From the NCBI GenBank assembly GCA_019747735.1, contig JAIEQL010000014.1:5101-69100 (forward strand): a stretch of 64,000 nt of DNA, read 5' to 3'. The DNA is from Chthoniobacterales bacterium. Lineage in GTDB: Bacteria > Verrucomicrobiota > Verrucomicrobiia > Chthoniobacterales > UBA6821. Shown here one piece after another: positions 36,001-45,110 of the stretch. The first letter of the stretch is position 1. Each line of letters begins with the position of its first letter. Made by a program: the position numbers and the translations under genes. Under the pieces are notes generated by a model. The model was not told the DNA's origin. It was given only the letters and a program-made list of their open reading frames with translations, and searched no databases.

Positions 36001-36233
36001 AATAAACTGTTACTTTTTTTCAGTCGTCCTGCATAGCAGGGGGACTGAAAGCTTGCAATGCTTTAGGTTTAAGAAACGAAAAGATCGTCAAATTTTTATT
36101 TCACTCCCATTTAACAAAATCTTACATTGAGATGCTGAATTGAGTTAGAAACGGGGCATCGAATATGGACAAAAAATTTGAATAGACCTCAACTTTTTGA
36201 ATCTCATTTCCAACCAACTCTAAAAAACCAATT

Positions 36234-39200
36234 ATGAAAAAGCTTCCTCTTCTTTTGCTCCTGAGCGCCTGTGCGCTCGCTCCCCTGCGCGTAAGCGCGA
36301 TGATAGAAGGAGATGAAAAAGAGGGGTATAAAGAGTCGAGTGATTTAAAAAAAACCCTCCAAAAAAATACGAACGAAACATTGTTAGAGGATCAGAAAGC
36401 AGCAGCAGAAAGAGTTAACAATCCTGCGGCTAACAACAATACAGAGATTAAGTTCGAAGCGTTTGTTAAGAAGGAAGAGATCATCCAGGATTCGACTATG
36501 AAATCGTCTCCCAATGCTGATCCTCAACCCAACTCGTCACTAGTTGACGCTGATGAAGAAAGTGAAAACGAAAAGGAAAATCTTTGGGATCTAGACATAC
36601 TAGAACAAAGAACCCAAGAGGCTCGAGAGATCGTTGCTGATTTAGGAGGAAAAGGACCAGCCATTTCAGAACAAGCACTCCGTGACCTTTATCACACTTG
36701 GTCACAACGCTACCAGCGTTACCAAAAAGCACTTCAAGATCTGCAACAGCAAAGTGAAATTGGTATTGCAGGTGAGCAAATTGAAGATCGGCTTGGAGAG
36801 TTAGTGAAGGTTTCTCAAAAGGCTCAAGAGGCTCTTGAAACAAGCCTGCGAAGTATTACTCAGGAGCTGACACGTGCTGCTGGCACTAAAAAATGGGACC
36901 CTCTTATTGATGAGAAAAAAACAACTCAAAAAGAAAGAACTCAGGAGCAAGAGAAAGAACTTTTAGAACAAGAAACAACAACAGCTCTTAAGCAATTTGA
37001 GAAACTTCTGAATGATGGTAGTTCTTTGCTTTATCGTGATAGACCTCAGGTTTCCTTAACTTCTTACCAAGAAAAGTACCAATCCTTTTTTAACGAGTTA
37101 AGAACAGTAGCAGAAAAACAAAAAAAAACGTGTAAGGATCAAGAGCAAAGAGAGGAAACCCCTTCCGTTCTTCATGCTTGGGAAAAAGTGCTCGAGATGA
37201 TTCCTTCACTAGAAAAAAATCATCGGGAATGGAAAGAGACTTTTTCTGCTAAAGAAAAAGCCATTGTAGATGCCAATCTCATGATTGCTTGGAGCTCCTT
37301 TCAAGAAGGAATGGCTTACGCCAGAGGAGAAAAAGAAGCGGCTCTTTGGGAGGAGTCAGCAGAGATTTCGAAACATCGAGCTGCTGCTTTACGAGCAGGA
37401 GATGAAGAGCAAGCAGAGCGATTAAAGAAACCAGCTTATTCCTTGGGCGGTTGGGAAAAATGGCCCGGAGCTGCTTATGCTTACGGAAAAGCTCGTGAGG
37501 CCAGAGCCTGGGGAGATGAGCTTGGGAACCAAGAAGCTGCTCTTTGGGAGGAATCAGCTGCGATTTTGAAAGAGTACGCAGCTGCGTTAGGAAGAGGAGA
37601 TGAGACCCAAGCAGAACGATTAGGCAAACAAGCTTATACCTTGGGCGGTTGGGAAAATTGGCCCGGAGCTGCTTATGCTTACGGAAAAGCTCGTGAGGCC
37701 AGAGCCCAGGGAGATGAGCTTGGAAACAAAGAAGCTGCTCTTTGGGAGGAATCAGCTGCGATTTGGAAAGAACAATCAGCTGCGTTAGCAAAAGGAGATG
37801 AGCCCCAAGCAGAACGATTAAAGAAACAAGCTTATGCCTTGGGCGGTTACGCAGACTGGCCCGGAGCTGCTTATGCTTACGGAAAAGCTCGTGAGGCCAG
37901 AGCTCGAGGAGATGAACTTGGGAATAAAGAAGCCGCTCTTTGGGAGGAGTCAGCAGAGATTTCGAAACATCGAGCTGCTGCTTTACGAGCAGGAGATGAA
38001 GAGCAAGCAGAGAGATTAAAGAAACAAGCTTATGCCTTGGGCGGTTGGAAAAATTGTCCCGGAGCTGCTTATGCTTACGGAAAAGCTCGTGAGGCCAGAG
38101 CTCGAGGAGATGAACTTGGGAATAAAGAAGCCGCTCTTTGGGAGGAGTCAGCTGCGATTTGGAAAGAACAAGCTGCTGCTTTACGAGAAGGAGATGAAAA
38201 GCAAGCAGAGCTATTAAGTAAACAAGCTAATGCTTTAAGTAATAGTACTTCTACTGTGAGTCCGCTTTATTCCTATGAAAAAGCTCGTGAGGCCAGAGCT
38301 CAAGGAGATGAGCTTGGGAACAAAGAAGCTACTCTTTGGGAAGATATAGCAGAGATTTATAAAAAACAAGCTGCTGCCGTAAAAGGAAAAGATGAAAAGC
38401 AAGCAGAGCTATTAAGTAAACAAGCTAATGCTTTAAGTAATAGTACTTCTACTGTGAGTCCGCTTTATTCCTATGAAAAAGCTCGTGAGGCTAGGGCCAA
38501 AGAAGATGAGCTTGGAGAAAAAGAAGCTGCTCTTTGGGAGAAATCAGCAGAGATTTGGAGAGAACGATCAGCTGCGTTAGGAAGAGGAGATGAAGAGCAA
38601 GCAGTCAAATTAAGAAAACAAGCTTATGCCTTAGGTGGTTGGGACAGTTCTAAAGGAGCTGCTTATGCTTATGGAAAAGCTCGTGAGGCTAGAGCCCGGA
38701 AAGATGAGCTTGGAAAAAAAGAAGCTGCTCTTTGGGAAGAGTCAGCTGCGATTTATAAAGAGCAAGCATCTGCGTTAGCAAAAGGAGATGAAAAGCAAGC
38801 AGGGCGATTAAGTAAACAAGCTTATGCTTTAAGTAATAGTACTTCTACTGTGAGTCCGCTTTATTGCTATGGAAAAGCTCGTGAGGCCAAAGCCCAAGGA
38901 GATGAGCTTGGAGAAAAAGAAGCTGCTCTTTGGGAGGAGGCAGCAGAGATTTCGAAAGAGTACGCAGCTGCGTTAGGAAGAGAAGATGGTACTCCCCGAG
39001 CAGAGCAACTAGAGAAACAAACTCTTGCCTTGGGCGGTGGGGCAGATTCGCCTGGAGCCGCTTATGCTTACGGAAAAGCTCGTGAGGCCAGGGCCCGAGG
39101 AGATGAGCTTGGGGAAAAAGAAGCCGCTCTTTGGGAGGAGTCAGCTGCGATTTTGAAAGAGCACGCAGCTGCGTTAGCAAGAGGAGATGGCTCCGAAGCA

Positions 39201-42200
39201 GAGCAATTAAAGAAACAAGCTTATGCCTTGGGCGGTTGTGGAGGATGGCCCGGAGCTGCTTATGCTCACGGAAAAGCTCGTGAGGCGAGAGCCAAAGGAG
39301 ATGAGTTTGGAGAGAAAGAAGCTGCTGCTCTTTGGGAGGAGTTAGCTGCGATTTATAAAGAACAAGCAGCTGTTTTACGAGCAGGAGATGAAAAGCAAGC
39401 AGGGCGATTAGAGAAACAAGCTCTTGCCTTGGGCGGTTGGGGGAAATCGCCCGGAGCTGCTTATGCTTACAGAAAAGCTCGCGAGGCCAGAGCCCAAGGA
39501 GATGAGCTTGGAGAAAAAGAAGCTGCTCTTTGGGAGAAGTCAGCAGAGATTTGGCAAGATCAAGCAGCTGCCGTAAAAGGAAAAGATGAAAAGCAAGCAG
39601 GGCGATTAGAGAAACAAGCTCTTGCCTTGGGCGGTTGGGGAAATTGGCCTGGAGCTGCTTATGCTTACAGAAAAGCTCGTGAGGCCAGGGCCCGGGGAGA
39701 TGAGCTTGGAGACAAAGAAGCTGCTCTTTGGGAGGAGTCAGCAGAGATTTGGAAAGAGTACGCAGCTGCGTTAGGAAGAGGAGATGAAAATCAAGCAGAG
39801 CGGTTAAAGAAACAAGCTTATGCCTTGGGCTGCGGTTGGGCAGATTTGCCCGGAGCCGCTTATGCTTACGGAAAAGCTCGTGAGGCCAGGGCCCGGGGAG
39901 ATGAGCTTGGGGAAAAAGAAGCCGCTCTTTGGGAGGAGTCAGCTGCGATTTTGAAAGAGCACGCAGCTGCGTTAGGAAGAGGAGATGAAAATCAAGCAGA
40001 GCGGTTAAAGAAACAAGCTTATGCCTTGGGCTACGGTTGGGCAGATTTGCTCGGAGCCGCTTATGCTTACGGAAAAGCTCGTGAGGCGAGAGCCAAAGGA
40101 GATGAGTTTGGAGAGAAAGAAGCTGCTGCTCTTTGGGAGGAGGCAGCAGAGATTTGGAAAGAGTACGCAGCTGCGTTAGGAAGAGGAGATGAAAATCAAG
40201 CAGAGCGATTAAAGAAACAAGCTTATGTCTTGGGCGGCGGTTGGGCAAATTCGCCTGGAGCCGCTTATGCTTACGGAAACGCTCGTGAGGCCAGGGCCCG
40301 GAAAGATGAGCTTGGGGACAAAGAAGCTGCTCTTTGGGAGGAGTCAGCAGAGATTTGGAAAGAGCAAGCATCTGTGTTAGCAAAAGGAGATGAAAATCAA
40401 GCAGTGCGATTAAAGAAACAAGCTCTGAAAATAGAAGAGCAAATATATCTGTTGAAACAACATCAGTTAGAGAAAGATGTTGCTATTTTTAAGGCTGCTA
40501 GTGCTGCTAAGGCTTATTACGATGCGAATGAAGAGATTGGAAAGGCTCTTTATTCTACAGAGCCTCATAAACGTGACAGCCTTGAGGAGCATCTTAAAGT
40601 GGCACTTGATGCGCAAAACATTGAAACAAACTCTCAAGGAGACTCAGCTTCAGAACTTAATCTTAAAGAGGAGCTGTATCGTCTTCAAAATGAGGCTGCT
40701 AAAAAAACTAGTAGTGCTATGACTGCTTACCGTCAAGCGTTAGAAACTGGTGAGGAAGGTGACTTATTGGAAGCTTTCAAAAAAGCTGTTGCAACATATG
40801 ATAGTTGGGAAGAGGTTAAAAACTATTGCAATGAACTTAATCATTTAGGAAGTCTTTGGAAAGACTCGCTGGAAGTCGCAAAATGTGAGCTAGCTGCCTG
40901 GACCAGGGCTCTTAACCAGTTTGACCCTCAGCACTCAGAATCACTTAGATTGCCTCCAGAAAGAGATTTGCAAGAATTTCCATTCTCTACTCTTTGTAAA
41001 ACATTTAATACATCTGAATCAGGAATACAAAAAGAGATAAGAATATTAAATACTATGTTCAAATATCCGCTGATTCGAGCAGAAGAAAAATTAAATCGAC
41101 CCATTACTTATATGGTTGCTAATCAGCTGCGGTTAATACAAGGAAAAGAAAACTTAGAAAAATTTTGCAATAATGAAGAAGTTAAAAAATTAGGTAAGCC
41201 AATCAGAAAATCAGAGGACAGCTATTTGTTTGAATTTAATAATGAATTAATCGGATCTCAATTTCCTCCAGATTCACTAGAACGTTTATTAATTGAGCAT
41301 CAGGTGGATTATGTTCCTAATTATATGGTAAGTTTAGAGATGGATTCTGGATCTAACTCTCAAAAAAAAATAAATTTTGGAAATATATTTAAGAATTTTG
41401 TTGATAATCTTTCTGTTGATTCGAAAGAGAAGGCCAGAAGTGCAAATAATACAAAAAAGGAACTTATGGCAAGTGAGTCAAAAGAAAAAAAGCTTCCTCT
41501 ATTAGAGAAAGGGGAGGAAGAGCCTTGGAATCTAAAACATATTCATGCTCCTGAGGCTTGGGAGATTTTAAAAAAAGCAGAAGAAGAAGGGCGTTTAAAT
41601 AATGATGAGATCACTATTGCTTTTATTGATTCGGGAGTTGACATCAGTAAATTCGAGAGGCCAGGGCAAGAAGGTGGAAAAATAATTTATCGCTGTAACT
41701 ATACTGATAAAAAATTAAATGATGATGTATCTGATGGAGCAGGGCATGGTACTGCTTGTATTGAAATAGCTAGCTCTGTTCTTGGACATCAAAAAAATCT
41801 TTCAAAAAAAGTTAATTTTATAGCCTGCAAAATCACTAAGGATCGTTCTTTTGATACTGACAGTTTTTTACAAGCTCTTCAGTGGGCTTGTGAAAAAGGA
41901 GCAAAGATTATTAATATTAGCGCTGGCTGGCATAGGGATAGTACCTTAAATAAGAAAGAACGACATGATAATTTAAAAGAAAAACTTAATAATCTCCCAG
42001 ATAGTCAATATGATGATAAAGACATTGAAGAGGCAATAGAAGAGAATGATAAGAAATGGAATAAAGATGATAAAGAGTTGGATAAAGTATTATTTAATTC
42101 TCTTAATAAAAAAATTATCATTGTTAATTCGGCAGGGAATTTAGGCTTAGATATTAGTCAAGCTAACAATCAACATTACCCTTCTCATTATGAATACAAA

Positions 42201-42818
42201 TATGAAAATATAATAGTTGTTGGAGCTACTACAAAAGAGGGAAAACTATTACGCAGAAGCAATTATGGAAGAAAAGTTCATTTAGGAGCTCCTGGAGCAG
42301 AAGTTTTTTCTAGGCTCCTAGAAAGGAATGTATCTGGAACATCGTATGCAACACCTCATGTTTCTGGCAGCATAGGAGTAATGGAGCAGTTAAAAGAACT
42401 TAATCCTAAAACCAGTCTTGTGAACTCAACAGATCCTATTGAAGATGATCAAGAAAGGTACATTTTTGGTGGAGCCCTTAATCTTGAAGATGCTTTACTA
42501 GGAAAAACTACCAAATGGCCAGAACGTTATAAGAAAAAAACTCATAAACAAATAGAAGACACCTTAAAGAATAATTGTACTGAAACGGACGACACTTATC
42601 AAAACATGATGCAGATAGCTACGGTGGGTCAGCAGTTTAACAATGGGTGCCATGCCCATTCTGATAAAAATAATGTTTTTACTTCAGTACCAGCAGTAGC
42701 TTCCACTGCTGCTCAAAATTTTCAAGAAGTCGCTTCCGCTGTTGCTCAAGATTTCAAAGCTTTATTTGTTGATGCATTTTCTTCTCGTGCTCCTATAGAA
42801 AAAGGAGGAACAGACTAA
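36234..42818 (+). CDS. Giant secreted repeat protein with C-terminal subtilase (peptidase S8) module; paralog 2 of 3
   Basis: 2194 aa. Signal peptide MKKLPLLLLLSACALAPLRVSAM. The head is nearly identical to gene 1. About 15 units of 66-67 aa are followed by a helical region, propeptide-like segment (..VDYVPNYMV) and S8 triad. Confidence 0.9.
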   Translation: MKKLPLLLLLSACALAPLRVSAMIEGDEKEGYKESSDLKKTLQKNTNETLLEDQKAAAERVNNPAANNNTEIKFEAFVKKEEIIQDSTMKSSPNADPQPNSSLVDADEESENEKENLWDLDILEQRTQEAREIVADLGGKGPAISEQALRDLYHTWSQRYQRYQKALQDLQQQSEIGIAGEQIEDRLGELVKVSQKAQEALETSLRSITQELTRAAGTKKWDPLIDEKKTTQKERTQEQEKELLEQETTTALKQFEKLLNDGSSLLYRDRPQVSLTSYQEKYQSFFNELRTVAEKQKKTCKDQEQREETPSVLHAWEKVLEMIPSLEKNHREWKETFSAKEKAIVDANLMIAWSSFQEGMAYARGEKEAALWEESAEISKHRAAALRAGDEEQAERLKKPAYSLGGWEKWPGAAYAYGKAREARAWGDELGNQEAALWEESAAILKEYAAALGRGDETQAERLGKQAYTLGGWENWPGAAYAYGKAREARAQGDELGNKEAALWEESAAIWKEQSAALAKGDEPQAERLKKQAYALGGYADWPGAAYAYGKAREARARGDELGNKEAALWEESAEISKHRAAALRAGDEEQAERLKKQAYALGGWKNCPGAAYAYGKAREARARGDELGNKEAALWEESAAIWKEQAAALREGDEKQAELLSKQANALSNSTSTVSPLYSYEKAREARAQGDELGNKEATLWEDIAEIYKKQAAAVKGKDEKQAELLSKQANALSNSTSTVSPLYSYEKAREARAKEDELGEKEAALWEKSAEIWRERSAALGRGDEEQAVKLRKQAYALGGWDSSKGAAYAYGKAREARARKDELGKKEAALWEESAAIYKEQASALAKGDEKQAGRLSKQAYALSNSTSTVSPLYCYGKAREAKAQGDELGEKEAALWEEAAEISKEYAAALGREDGTPRAEQLEKQTLALGGGADSPGAAYAYGKAREARARGDELGEKEAALWEESAAILKEHAAALARGDGSEAEQLKKQAYALGGCGGWPGAAYAHGKAREARAKGDEFGEKEAAALWEELAAIYKEQAAVLRAGDEKQAGRLEKQALALGGWGKSPGAAYAYRKAREARAQGDELGEKEAALWEKSAEIWQDQAAAVKGKDEKQAGRLEKQALALGGWGNWPGAAYAYRKAREARARGDELGDKEAALWEESAEIWKEYAAALGRGDENQAERLKKQAYALGCGWADLPGAAYAYGKAREARARGDELGEKEAALWEESAAILKEHAAALGRGDENQAERLKKQAYALGYGWADLLGAAYAYGKAREARAKGDEFGEKEAAALWEEAAEIWKEYAAALGRGDENQAERLKKQAYVLGGGWANSPGAAYAYGNAREARARKDELGDKEAALWEESAEIWKEQASVLAKGDENQAVRLKKQALKIEEQIYLLKQHQLEKDVAIFKAASAAKAYYDANEEIGKALYSTEPHKRDSLEEHLKVALDAQNIETNSQGDSASELNLKEELYRLQNEAAKKTSSAMTAYRQALETGEEGDLLEAFKKAVATYDSWEEVKNYCNELNHLGSLWKDSLEVAKCELAAWTRALNQFDPQHSESLRLPPERDLQEFPFSTLCKTFNTSESGIQKEIRILNTMFKYPLIRAEEKLNRPITYMVANQLRLIQGKENLEKFCNNEEVKKLGKPIRKSEDSYLFEFNNELIGSQFPPDSLERLLIEHQVDYVPNYMVSLEMDSGSNSQKKINFGNIFKNFVDNLSVDSKEKARSANNTKKELMASESKEKKLPLLEKGEEEPWNLKHIHAPEAWEILKKAEEEGRLNNDEITIAFIDSGVDISKFERPGQEGGKIIYRCNYTDKKLNDDVSDGAGHGTACIEIASSVLGHQKNLSKKVNFIACKITKDRSFDTDSFLQALQWACEKGAKIINISAGWHRDSTLNKKERHDNLKEKLNNLPDSQYDDKDIEEAIEENDKKWNKDDKELDKVLFNSLNKKIIIVNSAGNLGLDISQANNQHYPSHYEYKYENIIVVGATTKEGKLLRRSNYGRKVHLGAPGAEVFSRLLERNVSGTSYATPHVSGSIGVMEQLKELNPKTSLVNSTDPIEDDQERYIFGGALNLEDALLGKTTKWPERYKKKTHKQIEDTLKNNCTETDDTYQNMMQIATVGQQFNNGCHAHSDKNNVFTSVPAVASTAAQNFQEVASAVAQDFKALFVDAFSSRAPIEKGGTD
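37325..40430 (+). repeat. In-frame tandem array of about 15 units of 198-201 bp (66-67 aa) inside giant gene 2
   Basis: The landmark cccggagctgcttatgct recurs at 37464, 37662, 37860, 38058, ..., 39249, 39450, 39648 and 39849. Unit: PGAAYAYGKAREARA.GDELG.KEAALWEESA.I.KE.AAAL..GDE.QAE.LKKQAYALGGW..W. Confidence 0.92.
41523..42500 (+). other. Subtilase S8 catalytic domain of giant gene 2 (with a large Lys/Asp/Asn-rich insertion)
   Basis: Asp ITIAFIDSGVDIS, His DGAGHGTACIEIASS, Asn VNSAGNLG and Ser VSGTSYATPHVSGSIGVM. There is an insert between the His and Asn blocks (RDSTLNKKERHDNLKEKLNN...DKELDKV). Confidence 0.85.
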
Positions 42819-42843
42819 AAAATAATGATGAGAATTAGCTAAC

Positions 42844-44916
42844 TTATCCCCCCCTCGAAGAAACCAAAATAACAATCGAGCGAGGCTCTACAGTGTAGCT
42901 ATCAGCCGTAATAGAGGGAGCATCTTTCCATGGGAGAATATCGTTGGGAGAATCTAAAAAAGTGTTGATACAACAACGCCATGGTTCTTTAGGATCGTTG
43001 AAGGTAGGGATCTTGAAATTTAATTTTTCCCAATAAGCATTCAGCATGATATGTAGCATAACCCCTTCATCAAAATGCCTAATGGTGGCTGCTAAAGAGT
43101 GAGAGTCAGGCCCAAAATCTGGTTTGCCCAGAGAGACACCATGCCACTCTATGGCTCTTGAGATGAGGATTTCTCGAAGGGTTTTATTTTCATCACAGGA
43201 GAGGCAATTTTTGTTGAGTCGAAAATTAATGAGCTGTTTTGTGAAGCGATAAATGTCCTTGTTTTTTTCTAAAAGAGACCAATCAAACCAGCTTAGTTCG
43301 TTGTCTTGGCAATAAGCATTGTTGTTTCCATGTTGTGTGCGACGTATTTCGTCCCCAGCTAAAATCATCGGAGTTCCCACAGAGAAAAAAAGAATGGTCA
43401 GAAAATTTTTTACTTGGCGATTTCTCAGTTGTTCAATAGCGGCGTCTTGCGTTGGTCCTTCCCACCCGCAATTCCAGCTCTGATTATCGTTAGTACCATC
43501 TTGGTTGTTTTCTTTATTAGGTTCGTTGTGCTTTTGATTGTAAGAAACAAGGTCGTTGAGTGTGAATCCATCGTGACAGGTAACAAAATTGATGCTTTGC
43601 CAAGGTTCTCGCTCTTCATGTTGGTAAATATCAGGGCTGCCGGTCATGCGAAAACCTAGGCTTCGCACACTCTCTCGATTTCCTTTAATAAAGGAGCGTA
43701 CATCATCTCGAAAGCGCCCATTCCACTCATTCCAAGAATCACCTGGAAAACTACCCACTTGATAAAGCCCAGCAGCATCCCATGCTTCTGCAAAGAGTTT
43801 GACATTGGATAAAATAGGATCTGTTTCAATATCCCAGAGGCTTGGTGGATAGGCCATGGGGACGCCTTGTGCATCACGTGAAAGAATCGAAGCAAGATCA
43901 AAACGAAATCCATCGACATGCATCTCTTGCACCCAATAACGAAGCGAATCTAAAATAAGCCTCCGTACCACAGACTCGTTAGCATCAAAGGTATTACCAC
44001 ATCCGGTAAAATCAGCATAAGTCGATTGATCCGAACCAAGAATATAATAAGTATTATTAGCTAAACCTCGAAAGGAAATGGTAGGGCCAGTGGCACCTCC
44101 CTCTGCCGTATGATTAAAAACAACATCGAGGATGACTTCGATATTGGCTTTATGAAGAGCCTTCACCATGTTTCTAAATTCATCAAGGACTGCCGTCGGT
44201 TTTTGTTGTGAAGAATATTGAGGGTGAGGGGCAAAAAAAGAAAGAGGCTGATATCCCCAGGCATTAGTGAGACCCTCAGGAGCATCCTGTTCATCAAAAG
44301 CAAAGACTGGAAGCAGTTCCACTGCAGTGACCCCTAGATCTTTGAGATAAGGGATTTTTTCAATGACTCCAGCATAGGTTCCCCGTTTTTCTACTGGCAC
44401 AGCGGAGTTAGGATGACGGGTAAATCCTCTCACATTCATTTCATAAATCACCGTTTGATTCAGGGAGTGGAGAGGTGGTTTGTCGTCCTCCCAATCATAT
44501 GCTTGAGAGTTAACCACTACATTTTTTAATGCTCTAGCAGTGTTCTCTCCCATCGAGGCGGCTGCTTTTCGAGAGCGGGCTGCGGGGCGTGCGATGCATT
44601 TTCCGTAAGGATCTAAGAGTAGCTTTGTCGGATCAAAACGAAAGCCACGACTGGGATCAAAAGGACCATCAATGCGCCATGCATAAATCTGCCCTTCTCC
44701 GAGTCCTGGAACAAAAATATGCCAATAGTGATACGATCTGTTATAAGCCGGATCGAGGGTGAGAACGCGTGATGGCTTAGTGGCATCAGGAGCGTCAAAA
44801 AAAAGCAGCTCTGCCCCAGTGCTATGTTTTGAAAAAACACTAAAATTAACTCCACCTGGAAAAATAGTTGCTCCTAGTGGGAAGCTGTTTCCTGAGGTGA
44901 GAGAGGTTTTTTGCAT
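42844..44916 (-). CDS. glgX: Glycogen debranching enzyme GlgX (GH13)
   Basis: 690 aa. N-terminus GNSFPLGATIFPGGVNFSVFS and GH13 regions DVVFNHT, DGFRFDLASIL, EAWD and VTCHDGFTLNDLV. Confidence 0.93.
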   Translation of the reverse strand: MQKTSLTSGNSFPLGATIFPGGVNFSVFSKHSTGAELLFFDAPDATKPSRVLTLDPAYNRSYHYWHIFVPGLGEGQIYAWRIDGPFDPSRGFRFDPTKLLLDPYGKCIARPAARSRKAAASMGENTARALKNVVVNSQAYDWEDDKPPLHSLNQTVIYEMNVRGFTRHPNSAVPVEKRGTYAGVIEKIPYLKDLGVTAVELLPVFAFDEQDAPEGLTNAWGYQPLSFFAPHPQYSSQQKPTAVLDEFRNMVKALHKANIEVILDVVFNHTAEGGATGPTISFRGLANNTYYILGSDQSTYADFTGCGNTFDANESVVRRLILDSLRYWVQEMHVDGFRFDLASILSRDAQGVPMAYPPSLWDIETDPILSNVKLFAEAWDAAGLYQVGSFPGDSWNEWNGRFRDDVRSFIKGNRESVRSLGFRMTGSPDIYQHEEREPWQSINFVTCHDGFTLNDLVSYNQKHNEPNKENNQDGTNDNQSWNCGWEGPTQDAAIEQLRNRQVKNFLTILFFSVGTPMILAGDEIRRTQHGNNNAYCQDNELSWFDWSLLEKNKDIYRFTKQLINFRLNKNCLSCDENKTLREILISRAIEWHGVSLGKPDFGPDSHSLAATIRHFDEGVMLHIMLNAYWEKLNFKIPTFNDPKEPWRCCINTFLDSPNDILPWKDAPSITADSYTVEPRSIVILVSSRGG

Positions 44917-44933
44917 AACTAAAAAAAAGAATT

Positions 44934-45108
44934 AATAGCCACAAAAGAACGCAGAGAAAGCAAAGAGCAAAGAAAAATACATAACATTACCGAATTAATT
45001 TTTTCTCACTTAAGTTAATCAGAATGTGCTTGTAGATGTCTTGAAGAGGCAACTAGCGACTCCAGAAAGAATTTTTTATTTATTTTTTTGCGTTCTTTTG
45101 TGGCTATT
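44934..45108. mobile_element. MITE-like element, family H (20-bp perfect terminal inverted repeats)
   Basis: aatagccacaaaagaacgca (44934-44953) and its exact reverse complement tgcgttcttttgtggctatt (45089-45108). It fills the gap between the pgl-rpiB stop (45111) and the glgX start (44916). Confidence 0.75.
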
Positions 45109-45110
45109 TT

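Noticed and set aside
37325-40430. A possible CRISPR array, suggested by the strict ~198-bp periodicity.
   Set aside because: The period is far too long, there is no short-repeat/unique-spacer structure, the region is one continuous ORF with a strong protein-level repeat, and no cas genes are nearby.
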